Below are positions 17,632 through 26,437 of a DNA stretch of 64,000 nt, one piece after another. The stretch covers positions 249,243 to 313,242 of the forward strand of contig CAWJIS010000002.1 of NCBI GenBank assembly GCA_963843035.1. Direction: 5' to 3'. Below the pieces are notes generated by a model that worked only from the letters and a program-made list of their open reading frames with translations, did not search any database and had not been told where the DNA came from. The stretch is from an uncultured Gammaproteobacteria bacterium. GTDB taxonomy: Bacteria > Pseudomonadota > Gammaproteobacteria > Steroidobacterales > Steroidobacteraceae. Every line of letters starts with the position of its first letter. The stretch's first letter is position 1. Both the position numbers and the translations under genes were made by a program.

Positions 17632-19089
17632 ATGGAGCTCCTGATCCTCCTGGCAGCCCCACTGACCGGTGCGCTTACGCTCGGGGTCCTCGGAGCGCGG
17701 CGCTTCGCGCCCGAGCTCAACATCGGGTTCAGCCTGCTCACCTTCCTCGCCGCGTGTGCACTTGCAGCGCGCGTCGTCGCCCAGGGCCACCTCGTCCTGG
17801 GCCGCGAGCAGTTCTTCATCGACGCCTTCAACGTGTTCCTCGTGGCACTCACCGCGTTCGTCGGGCTCACGACCTCGATCTTCTCGCGACCCTATATGCG
17901 CGTGGAGTTGCAGCACGGCCGGGTGAGCGCGGGGCGGCTGCGCCTCTACCACAGCATGTATCAGCTCTTCATGTCGACGATGCTGGTCGCGCTGACGACC
18001 AACAACATGGGACTGCTGTGGGTGGCCATGGAAGCCGCAACGCTCTCGACGGTGCTGCTGGTGACACTCTATCGGACCGCCGCAAGTCTCGAGGCCGGGT
18101 GGAAATACTTCATCCTGTGCGGCGTGGGCATCGCCCAGGCGCTCTTCGGCACCATCCTGCTGTACTTCGCGGCGGAGCGCGCCATCGGCGCCGAGGGCGT
18201 GAGCGCCCTGCTGTGGACGCACTTGAACGGCGTCAAAGGGCAGCTCGAGCCGGCGGTGCTGAGCCTCGCATTCGTATTCCTGCTGGTCGGTTACGGGACC
18301 AAGGTCGGACTTGCGCCCCTGCACAACTGGCTGCCGGACGCGCACGCCGAGGGCCCGACGCCGATCTCCGCCGTGCTCTCGGGCCTGCTGTTGAATGTCG
18401 CGATCTACGCGGTCGTGCGCTGCAAGATACTGGTCGAGGGGTCGCTCCACTCCGCGCTCCCCTCACGGATGCTGATGGGCTTCGGACTCCTGTCGGTGGT
18501 GCTCGCGGTGTTCCTGCTCTGGCGCCAGCGTGACATCAAACGCCTGTTCGCCTACTCCTCGATCGAGCACATGGGCATCATCACCTTCGCTTTCGGCATG
18601 GGCGGCGCGGTGGCGAACTTCGCCGCCCTGCTGCACATGACGGTGCACTCCCTCACCAAATCCGCCATCTTCTTTGCCGCCGGGCACGCCTCGCAAAAAG
18701 CCGGCTCGCAGCTCATGGATCAGATCCGCGGCCTCATCACCCTCAGTCCGACCATCGGCTGGGGCCTCATGATGGGGTCGCTCGCCATTCTCGGGCTGCC
18801 GCCCTTTGGCGTCTTCGCGAGCGAGTTCCTGATCCTCACCACCGCGATGCGCGAGCAGCCGTGGGCGACGCCGATACTGCTGGCCGCGCTCGCGGTGGCG
18901 TTCGCCGCCATCTTCGGTCGGGTGCAGCCGATGGTGTTCGGCGAGACGACCGCGAAGCGCCTGCCGCACCCACCGGCGCTGCTGCCGGTGTTCGTGCATC
19001 TCGGCCTGGTGCTCGGGCTCGGACTCTACATCCCGCCTTACCTTGCTGATTGGTATCGGGCGGCGGCGCGTCTGATCGGGGGCGGCTGA
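17632..19089 (+). CDS. HyfF/HycQ-like antiporter-type membrane subunit (NuoM/N family)
   Basis: 485 aa. GTKVGLAPLHNWLPDAHAEGPTPISAVLSGLLLN is the NuoM/N-type motif. 2-nt gap to the preceding gene. Confidence 0.85.
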   Translation: MELLILLAAPLTGALTLGVLGARRFAPELNIGFSLLTFLAACALAARVVAQGHLVLGREQFFIDAFNVFLVALTAFVGLTTSIFSRPYMRVELQHGRVSAGRLRLYHSMYQLFMSTMLVALTTNNMGLLWVAMEAATLSTVLLVTLYRTAASLEAGWKYFILCGVGIAQALFGTILLYFAAERAIGAEGVSALLWTHLNGVKGQLEPAVLSLAFVFLLVGYGTKVGLAPLHNWLPDAHAEGPTPISAVLSGLLLNVAIYAVVRCKILVEGSLHSALPSRMLMGFGLLSVVLAVFLLWRQRDIKRLFAYSSIEHMGIITFAFGMGGAVANFAALLHMTVHSLTKSAIFFAAGHASQKAGSQLMDQIRGLITLSPTIGWGLMMGSLAILGLPPFGVFASEFLILTTAMREQPWATPILLAALAVAFAAIFGRVQPMVFGETTAKRLPHPPALLPVFVHLGLVLGLGLYIPPYLADWYRAAARLIGGG

Positions 19090-19090
19090 A

Positions 19091-20623
19091 ATGACGCAGC
19101 GGGACTCGAATGCGGAGAGCCACGCGCTTCCTGGAGCGCCGCGCTGGCGCACGCGTAACGTCTCGCCGGAGGAATGGGTCCACGCGGCGCAGGAGCTGGC
19201 GGGGGGCGGTGCGCGGCTCGCGGCGCTCTGGACGAACGGCGGCGAGCGCGGCGCGCCGACCGTGCGTGCGGCCTTCTTCACCGGCACGGGCCCGCTCCTC
19301 CTCAACCTGCCCCTCGACGAGACGGATGCGCTTTACCCCGGGCTCGAGGAGCTCTTCCCGTGCGCCGCCCGCATGCAGCGCGCTGCGGCGGATCTCTCCG
19401 GAGTGCGCGCGTCGGATCCCGATACCCGCCCCTGGTTGCGGCACAATGCATGGCCGCCCGGATACCGGCCGCTCGTCGACCCGCCCCCGGCCGAGCACGA
19501 GTCCGGGATCGACGCGTACGAGTTCGTGCGGGTCGAGGGCGAGGGAGTACACGAGATAGCCGTCGGCCCGGTGCACGCCGGCATCATCGAGCCGGGACAT
19601 TTCCGCTTCTCGGTGGTCGGGGAAAAGGTGCTGCGGCTCGAGGAGCGGCTCGGGTACGTTCACAAGGGCATCGAGCGCCGCTTCACCGAGCTGCCCGTCC
19701 TCGAGGCACATCGGCTCGCGGCGCGCGTCTCGGGAGACTCGGCGGTGGCGTTCTCCTGGGCCTATTGCCAGGCACTCGAAAGTCTGGCCGGCGTCACGAT
19801 CCCTGCGCGCGCCGCCTGGCTGCGTGCGCTGTGCCTCGAGCTCGAGCGTGTGGCCAACCACCTGGGAGACCTCGGCGCGCTGGGAAACGACGCCGGCTTC
19901 GCCTTCGGTCTTGCGCAGTTCTCGCGCCTGAAGGAGCGGCTGCTGCGCAGCTGTGCCGAGGCGCTCGGTGAGCGTTATCTCATGAGCGCCATCGTGCCGG
20001 GTGGCAGCGGGGTCGACCTGACGGTCGCCGGTGCGGAGTTGCTGCGCTCGTGTTCTGGTGAGATCGCCCGCGAAGTGCTCCTGCTGCGCACGATCTATGA
20101 TGAGCACGAAGGGGTGCGCGATCGCTTCACCGGCGCCGGCACGATCGCGCCGCTGCTCGCCGCACAGCTTGGCCTGACCGGGCTCGCGGGGCGCGCCAGC
20201 GGGCAGGCATTCGATCTGCGAGTCGACCTGCCCTGCGCGCCGTACAGTGAGCTTGGCGTTACCCGGATCGGCCATCGTGCCGGGGATGTTGCGGCGCGGG
20301 TCGCGATGCGCTTCGATGAGTTGAGTGAATCGTTGCGCCTGATCGAGCACATCATCATCGGGTTACCGCCCGGGCCTCGCGCGCAAGCCGTGCACAACCC
20401 GTCGCCCGGGTTACTCGGCATCGGCGCGATCGAGGGCTGGCGCGGGCCGGTGCTGGTCGCGCTCGAGACCGGGCCCGAGGGCGCCATCAGCCGCTGTCAC
20501 CCGCACGATCCTTCGTGGCAGAACTGGCCGGCCCTCGAGCACGCGATCATCGACAACATCGTGCCGGATTTTCCGCTCATCAATAAGTCCTTCAACCTGT
20601 CCTACAGCGGACACGATCTCTAG
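19091..20623 (+). CDS. HycE/NuoCD-like 'large subunit' lacking the [NiFe]-binding cysteines (Ehr-type)
   Basis: 510 aa: NuoC-like N-terminus plus a hydrogenase large-subunit/NuoD fold (VGPVHAGIIEPGHFRF, ELERVANHL). The L1 position reads RVSGDS (19730..19741) instead of R-x-C-G-x-C. The C-terminus reads SFNLSYSGHDL instead of D-P-C-x-x-C-x-x-R/H. Confidence 0.85.
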   Translation: MTQRDSNAESHALPGAPRWRTRNVSPEEWVHAAQELAGGGARLAALWTNGGERGAPTVRAAFFTGTGPLLLNLPLDETDALYPGLEELFPCAARMQRAAADLSGVRASDPDTRPWLRHNAWPPGYRPLVDPPPAEHESGIDAYEFVRVEGEGVHEIAVGPVHAGIIEPGHFRFSVVGEKVLRLEERLGYVHKGIERRFTELPVLEAHRLAARVSGDSAVAFSWAYCQALESLAGVTIPARAAWLRALCLELERVANHLGDLGALGNDAGFAFGLAQFSRLKERLLRSCAEALGERYLMSAIVPGGSGVDLTVAGAELLRSCSGEIAREVLLLRTIYDEHEGVRDRFTGAGTIAPLLAAQLGLTGLAGRASGQAFDLRVDLPCAPYSELGVTRIGHRAGDVAARVAMRFDELSESLRLIEHIIIGLPPGPRAQAVHNPSPGLLGIGAIEGWRGPVLVALETGPEGAISRCHPHDPSWQNWPALEHAIIDNIVPDFPLINKSFNLSYSGHDL

Positions 20624-20632
20624 GACGCGCGC

Positions 20633-21154
20633 ATGCTCAAGACCCTGCGACAAATTGCCTCAGTCGGAATCGTGACCGAGCCCGCGCCCCGGGCGGACGC
20701 AGCGCTGCGGCTGCGCGCGGCGCTGCAGGCACGCATCCTGGCGGTCCTCGGACGCGCCTTGTGCGTGCGTGCGGTCGATGCCGGTTCCTGCAACGGCTGC
20801 GAGCTCGAGATCCACGCGCTCAACAACCCCTGGTACAACATCGAGGGCCTCGGTATCCGCTTCGTCGCGAGTCCCCGGCACGCGGATCTGTTGCTGGTGA
20901 CCGGTCCGGTCTCGAGGCACATGGAAATCGCCTTACGCCGCACCTACGAGGCCACACCAGACCCTAAGCTGGTGGTGGCAGTCGGGGATTGCGCCTGCAC
21001 CGGCGGGATTTTCGGCGAAGGCTACGCGAGCCGCGGCCGCATCTCCAACGTCATCCCCGTGGATGTGGCCGTGCCGGGGTGTCCGCCCGATCCGACGCGG
21101 ATCCTGACGGGCATCCTCACGGTGCTCGAGGGGCGCTCAATGGCTCCTGGCTAG
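20633..21154 (+). CDS. HycG/NuoB-like small subunit with intact [4Fe-4S] ligands
   Basis: 173 aa. GSCNGCELE, SPRHADLLLVTG, GDCACTGG and PGCPP are the four-Cys NuoB/HycG cluster motif. Confidence 0.9.
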   Translation: MLKTLRQIASVGIVTEPAPRADAALRLRAALQARILAVLGRALCVRAVDAGSCNGCELEIHALNNPWYNIEGLGIRFVASPRHADLLLVTGPVSRHMEIALRRTYEATPDPKLVVAVGDCACTGGIFGEGYASRGRISNVIPVDVAVPGCPPDPTRILTGILTVLEGRSMAPG

Positions 21155-22270
21155 CACTGCTTCGATGGGCGGCGCCGCCTGCGGCACCGCCTGGCGGTAA
21201 TCCTTCCCAAGCAGCGCCGCGACCGTGGCGGCGATCTGCGCCTGCTGCACCTCGCCGGTGTGGCTGCGCTCGCCGAGCGGCGCGGTGTCGGGCCCCATCA
21301 CGGCGATCCAGATGTTCTCCGAGCCTTTTTCCTTGACCCCGTGGTCCTTCCATTCGACCGGTCCGCTGCCGCGCCCGTGATCGGCCGTGAGGATGAAGGT
21401 CGTCTGGTCGCGGTACGCGGGCAGGCTCTGGAGCTTGTTCCACAGCTGCTCGACGTAGCGATCGAAGGAGTGCGCGGCATGCAGCAGCAGGTCGTAGCGG
21501 CCCATGTGGCCCCAGTCGTCCGTCTCGCCATAGCCGACGAACAGCACGCGCGGCTGCGCCCTGGTAAACGAGTCCATCAGCGGGATCTGCAGGAACGAGT
21601 CGTAGACAACCGGGTCCTCGAGTGTCGTAGTGGTCCCGTAGAGCTCGTTCATCAGCGCCTCGCGCGGGCCCACCTCACCTTTATATGGCAGGTCGCGGCC
21701 GGCCTGCAGTGGCAGGTGGCTGCGGCCGACGTTGAAGATGTCCTTGAACGTGGCCCAGGAGGCAAACGCCGCGACCTGGCCCTTGAGGTCCGGCAGGCCG
21801 TTCAGCCACTCGAACACCGTGACGTTGGGGTTCGGTCCGAACTCGTTGGAGTTGACGCGCGGATCGGCATGGCCCGAGAGCATCTCGTTGTAGCCGGGAT
21901 ACGAGAACCAGAAGGTGTTGGTGACGCGCGCCACGCTGCCCTTCGTCTGGTTGCCGAAGATCTGGCCGTGCGCGGCGACCGTGGTCCAGATGAACGGGAA
22001 CAACGCTTTGCGACGCTCGTTGACGTCGTCGCGCCAGTACCTGGCTCTCAGGTCCGCCTCCTTGTCCCAGATGCCGCCGTTCTTCGCGTTGAGGAGCTCG
22101 GGGTCGGCCCCGGTGAACATCTCCTGCCAGCGCAGCCCGTCGCTCACGATGAGCACGACGTTGCGGGTCTTGAGCGGGGCGGACGTGTCGGCGAGCGCGA
22201 GCGGCGCGCCGGCGCACAGCGCCAGCACCATGACGCTGAGCGCCGACCTGACAACGATACGGTTCGACAT
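21137..22270 (-). CDS. Secreted alkaline-phosphatase-superfamily enzyme (type I phosphodiesterase/nucleotide pyrophosphatase-like)
   Basis: Start moved to ATG 22270 (MSNRIVVRSALSVMVLALCAGAPLALA signal peptide). VVLIVSDGLRWQ metal/nucleophile region and TADHGRG near the C-terminus. Confidence 0.7.
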   Translation of the reverse strand: MSNRIVVRSALSVMVLALCAGAPLALADTSAPLKTRNVVLIVSDGLRWQEMFTGADPELLNAKNGGIWDKEADLRARYWRDDVNERRKALFPFIWTTVAAHGQIFGNQTKGSVARVTNTFWFSYPGYNEMLSGHADPRVNSNEFGPNPNVTVFEWLNGLPDLKGQVAAFASWATFKDIFNVGRSHLPLQAGRDLPYKGEVGPREALMNELYGTTTTLEDPVVYDSFLQIPLMDSFTRAQPRVLFVGYGETDDWGHMGRYDLLLHAAHSFDRYVEQLWNKLQSLPAYRDQTTFILTADHGRGSGPVEWKDHGVKEKGSENIWIAVMGPDTAPLGERSHTGEVQQAQIAATVAALLGKDYRQAVPQAAPPIEAVLARSH

Positions 22271-22357
22271 CAGACTCTCCACGGGCGGCTCGGGACGCAT
22301 GACGCGTCCCGCACATCGCTACAATAGCAGGCAGCGCCCTTGAGCTGCGTGGAGCTT

Positions 22358-25171
22358 ATGCAAGGCAAGTGGCTCGCTCCGTTGATCCTCCTGGCCGTTG
22401 CCTCCGGCTCCCTGCAGGCGCAGTCGGCACAATCAGTCGCTCCCGACACCGCGGAGTCCGGCTCGATGGAGGAGATCGCGCGCGCCACGACCGAGGCGCG
22501 CTTCCTCTCGCCCTGGGTCGCGTATCTTCCGGCCTCGGCGACCGTCGTCTCGCCGCGCAGCTTCCTCAAGCGGATTCCCGGGGCGCCGGGCGAGCTCGTG
22601 GATTCCGCCCAAGGCTACGGCTATTGCCGGGCGCTGGCCGCCTCCTCGCCGCGCGTGCGCCTCTTCACCATCGGGCGCTCGGAGGAGGGGCGTGACATCG
22701 TGCTGCTCGCCATCGCGGACGAGGAAGGCATCCGTGATCTCGAGCGGCTGAGGGCCGCCACCGCGGCGCTGGCCGATCCCCGCCGCACCGATGCCGCCGC
22801 CGCCGCGCAGCTCGTGGCGACCGGCCGCCCGATCTATTACTTCAACGCCGGACTGCATTCCGACGAGACTGGCTCGACCGAGGCGGTGCTCGAGCTCGCC
22901 TATCGGCTCGCGGTGTCGGAGCAGCCGACGATACGGCGCATCCGCGCGAATCTCGTGGTGCTCATCAACCCGGTCTCCAATCCCGACGGTCGCGACAAGC
23001 AGGTCGAGTGGTTCTACCGTTACCTGAAGGGTAAGACAGACCTCGGGAGCCTGCCGCGTCAGGCACCGCCTTACTGGTCGAAGTACGCCTTCGTCGACAT
23101 CAATCGCGACGCGCACCAGCAGGTGCACGAGACCACCAGGGCCGTGTTCCGCATGTTCTACGCCTGGCACCCGCAGGTGATCCACGACTTGCACGAGAGC
23201 GTGGCGCTGCTCGTCTCCTGGAACGGCACCGGGCCCACCAACGAGCTCGTCGACCCGCTCTCCTACGATGAGCGGCTCGAGCTCTCGTTTCACGAGGTGC
23301 AGGCGCTCACGGCGCTCGGGATGCCGGGCGTGTGGAGCTGGAACTTCGGCGACGATTTCGCGCACCTGTATCTCGATTCGATCGCGACCAACCACAACTC
23401 CGACGGCCGCGGTTACGAGACCTTCGGCAACGGCACCGCCGAGACGCTCCTCCGGGAGGCGCCCGCCGACGAGAGCACCCGCGACTGGTATCGCCCGCTG
23501 CCGCCGCCTGCGGGGAAGTTCCGCTGGTCGGCGCGCGACAACCTCAACTACACCGAGACCGCGGCGCTCGCAGCGCTCGATGATGCCGCACAGCAGCCGC
23601 AAGAGCTGCTGCGCAACTTCTATCTCAAGGGCTTGCACTCCTGGCGCAAGGGAGTCGAGCAGCCGCCCTATGCATTCATCATTCCGGACGGCCAGGGGGA
23701 TCCCAGGCGCGTGGCGCAGCTCGTCGAGCGGCTCCTGGCCCAGGGGATCGAGGTGCAGCGTGCGGCAGCGGAGCTGCGGGTCAAGGAAGGCGCTTTCCCC
23801 ACCGGCACGTACGTCGTGAGGCTCGATCAGCCCTACCGTAACTACGCGGTCGATCTCCTCACGCGTCAGACCTATCCGAAGGATGCCGGCGAGCCCTACG
23901 ACGACGTGTCGTGGGAGCTGCCGGCGCACTACCACCTGGCGGTGATCGCGAGCGCCGACCCCGAGTTGCGCGCGGCGAGTCTCACCTCGCTCACCGAGGC
24001 GCCGCGCCTCAAGGGCCGGGTATCGGGCGCGGGCCCCGTGTACCTCCTCAACGACACCGGACAGGAGGGACTGCTCGAGGCACGCTACCGCCTCGCGGAC
24101 TTCAGGCTCCTGATCGCCGAGCGGCCGTTCACGGCCGATGGTGTCGCGTACCGGGCCGGATCGTGGATCCTCGGCCCGCAGCCGGGACTCGCCGCGGCGC
24201 TGCGCGCTGCGGCCGCGGACCTCGGCCTCGATTTCGCGAGTGCCGCAGCGCTGCCTGCCGTGGCACGCCACGATGCACCGGCGCCGCGCCTCGGGCTCTG
24301 GGTGCCGTGGGCGGATACCGACACCATCGGCTGGGCGCGCTACGCGCTCGATCAGCGCCACATCCCCTACGCATACGTACGTGACGAAGACATCCGCCGC
24401 GGCAAGCTCCGCGAGCGCTACGACGTGCTGCTCTACGGCCACGTGGATCTCGAGCTCGCCGAGCAGATCCAGGGGATCCCCAAGGCCTGGGGGCCCATGC
24501 CGTTCCGCAAGACCGCGGCAACTCCCGCCCTCGGTACGCCCGCCGCCTCGGACGACATCACCGGCGGCATTGGCTGGAGCGGGCTCGCGGACCTGCAGCG
24601 CTTCGTCGAGTCGGGCGGCCTCCTCGTCACGCTTGGCAGCGGCTCGATGCTGCCGCTCGAGGGTGGCATGGTGCGTGGCGTGCGCCGCGAGTCGGGCGGC
24701 GTACCGCGCAGTACGCAAGGGGGCGGCGCCGCGGCCGCGGCCGCCGCGCAGTCCGCGGTGACCCGCACGCCCGGCGCCCATGTGCGCGTGACCTTCGCGC
24801 GCCCGGATCATCCGATCGCCTACGGCTACGACGCGCGCACCTGGGTATTCCGCCAGAACTTTCCGATCTATTCGACACCGCGCCGCTGGCTGCGCATGGC
24901 GTACTGCACCGCATGCCTCGACGGACCGGTCGATGCCCGCGGTGTGGTGCTCGAGTGGGGCGATCGCGAAGGAATGCCGTTCGTCGTGAGCGGACAGGCG
25001 TGGGGAGAGGAGAATCTCATCGGCCACCCCGCGATCCTCGACCTGCGCTCGGGAGCGGGCCACGTCGTGGCGTTCAACTTCAACCCGCTGCATCGCGATC
25101 TGAACCGCGGCGACCAACGCATGTTGTGGAACGCCATCCTCAACTGGCGGGCGATCCTCGCGGAGCAGTGA
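22358..25171 (+). CDS. Large secreted M14-family zinc carboxypeptidase-like protein
   Basis: ORF 22340..25171; ATG 22358 gives the signal peptide MQGKWLAPLILLAVASGSLQA. Zn motif HSDE in YFNAGLHSDETGS, NPVSNPDGRD, and a later VIHDLHES histidine. About 600 aa C-terminal to the M14 domain are unassigned. Confidence 0.75.
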   Translation: MQGKWLAPLILLAVASGSLQAQSAQSVAPDTAESGSMEEIARATTEARFLSPWVAYLPASATVVSPRSFLKRIPGAPGELVDSAQGYGYCRALAASSPRVRLFTIGRSEEGRDIVLLAIADEEGIRDLERLRAATAALADPRRTDAAAAAQLVATGRPIYYFNAGLHSDETGSTEAVLELAYRLAVSEQPTIRRIRANLVVLINPVSNPDGRDKQVEWFYRYLKGKTDLGSLPRQAPPYWSKYAFVDINRDAHQQVHETTRAVFRMFYAWHPQVIHDLHESVALLVSWNGTGPTNELVDPLSYDERLELSFHEVQALTALGMPGVWSWNFGDDFAHLYLDSIATNHNSDGRGYETFGNGTAETLLREAPADESTRDWYRPLPPPAGKFRWSARDNLNYTETAALAALDDAAQQPQELLRNFYLKGLHSWRKGVEQPPYAFIIPDGQGDPRRVAQLVERLLAQGIEVQRAAAELRVKEGAFPTGTYVVRLDQPYRNYAVDLLTRQTYPKDAGEPYDDVSWELPAHYHLAVIASADPELRAASLTSLTEAPRLKGRVSGAGPVYLLNDTGQEGLLEARYRLADFRLLIAERPFTADGVAYRAGSWILGPQPGLAAALRAAAADLGLDFASAAALPAVARHDAPAPRLGLWVPWADTDTIGWARYALDQRHIPYAYVRDEDIRRGKLRERYDVLLYGHVDLELAEQIQGIPKAWGPMPFRKTAATPALGTPAASDDITGGIGWSGLADLQRFVESGGLLVTLGSGSMLPLEGGMVRGVRRESGGVPRSTQGGGAAAAAAAQSAVTRTPGAHVRVTFARPDHPIAYGYDARTWVFRQNFPIYSTPRRWLRMAYCTACLDGPVDARGVVLEWGDREGMPFVVSGQAWGEENLIGHPAILDLRSGAGHVVAFNFNPLHRDLNRGDQRMLWNAILNWRAILAEQ

Positions 25172-25204
25172 GCGGCGACGCGGACTTGGAAGACCGTGCC
25201 GCCG

Positions 25205-26401
25205 TCATTTCGCCAGCCGGTTGTACTTCGCGAGCACGGCGCGCAGCTCCGCGTGCGGGAGCGAGCGCACGTGATGCCCGTCGATGCCCGTCATGTCGGT
25301 CGCGGCGACCATGGCATTGACGATCGCCTCCTCGGTGGCCTGCACGGTCGCGGCGAACAGCGGGTCCATGGAATCGTTCGGCACCATCCTGAGATCCACC
25401 GGCCCGTGATCGATTTCGCTCGCGCCCGGGTTGGCGGTCGAGAACGCGATGAAGATGTCGCCCGAGCCGTTGCCGGCGATGCTGCCGGTGCGGCCGAGGC
25501 CGAGCGATACGCGCCGGGCGATGCGCTTCAGCTGGTGCGGCAGGAGCGGCGCGTTGGTGGCGACGACCACGATGATCGAGCCGCGCTCGGCGAGCTCTGA
25601 CGGCACGAAGGCGTAGGGGTCCTCGCTCTCGATCTCGCGCCCGACGGGGACGCCTGCGATGCGCAGGTTGTGCCGGACCCCGTAGTTGCACTGAACCAGC
25701 ACTCCGAGCGTGTAGCCGCCGTCCTTGCCGGTGAGCTTGCGCGACGCGGTGCCGATGCCGCCCTTGAAGCCGTTGCAGACCATGCCGGTGCCACCGCCGA
25801 CCGCGCCTTCCTCCACCGCTCCCGAACGCGCGCTGTCGAGCGCGTGAAACACGTGCTCAGGCTTCACGTGAAAACCGTTGATGTCATTGAGCCACCCGTC
25901 CCAGGTCTCGGCGACCACCGGCAGCGACCACCACGAGTCCGTGGCATCGGGAGGCCCGTGCGCCACGCGCCAGGCGATGACCGCATCGCGCACCACGCCC
26001 ACGCTGTGGGTGTTGGTGATGAGCACCGGGCCCTCGAGAAACCCGGATTCCTCCACCCAGGTCGTGCCGGTCATCTCGCCGTTGCCGTTCTGCGAGTACC
26101 AGCCCGCGAAGGAGAAGCGCTGCATGGAGGCGGCGCCCCGCGGCAGCACCGCCGTGACACCGGTGCGGACCGGCCCCTGGCCGACCACGAGCTTGCCGCT
26201 GCCCGAGATGAGGGTGGTCTGTCCCACCAGCACGCCCTCGATGTCGGTGATCGCATTAAGCGGTCCCGGTGTGCCGTCGAAGGGCACGCCGAGGTCGCGC
26301 GCGCGCGGCCTCTGCGCCGGCGGGTCGGTGGCGCCGGCCGCGCCGGCAACCGCACAGACCAGTACTACGAATGCGAGCAGAGAGACGGCCCGGCGCAGCA
26401 T
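25205..26401 (-). CDS. Peptidase S58 (DmpA/BapA-type aminopeptidase, Ntn hydrolase)
   Basis: 398 aa with a signal peptide. GVLVGQTTL, VRTGVTAVLP, NGNGEMTG and GGTGM segments are typical of the P1/DmpA family. Confidence 0.75.
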   Translation of the reverse strand: MLRRAVSLLAFVVLVCAVAGAAGATDPPAQRPRARDLGVPFDGTPGPLNAITDIEGVLVGQTTLISGSGKLVVGQGPVRTGVTAVLPRGAASMQRFSFAGWYSQNGNGEMTGTTWVEESGFLEGPVLITNTHSVGVVRDAVIAWRVAHGPPDATDSWWSLPVVAETWDGWLNDINGFHVKPEHVFHALDSARSGAVEEGAVGGGTGMVCNGFKGGIGTASRKLTGKDGGYTLGVLVQCNYGVRHNLRIAGVPVGREIESEDPYAFVPSELAERGSIIVVVATNAPLLPHQLKRIARRVSLGLGRTGSIAGNGSGDIFIAFSTANPGASEIDHGPVDLRMVPNDSMDPLFAATVQATEEAIVNAMVAATDMTGIDGHHVRSLPHAELRAVLAKYNRLAK

Positions 26402-26437
26402 GTGGCTATCCTCGACTATGGGAGAGGCGGGAGGTCT

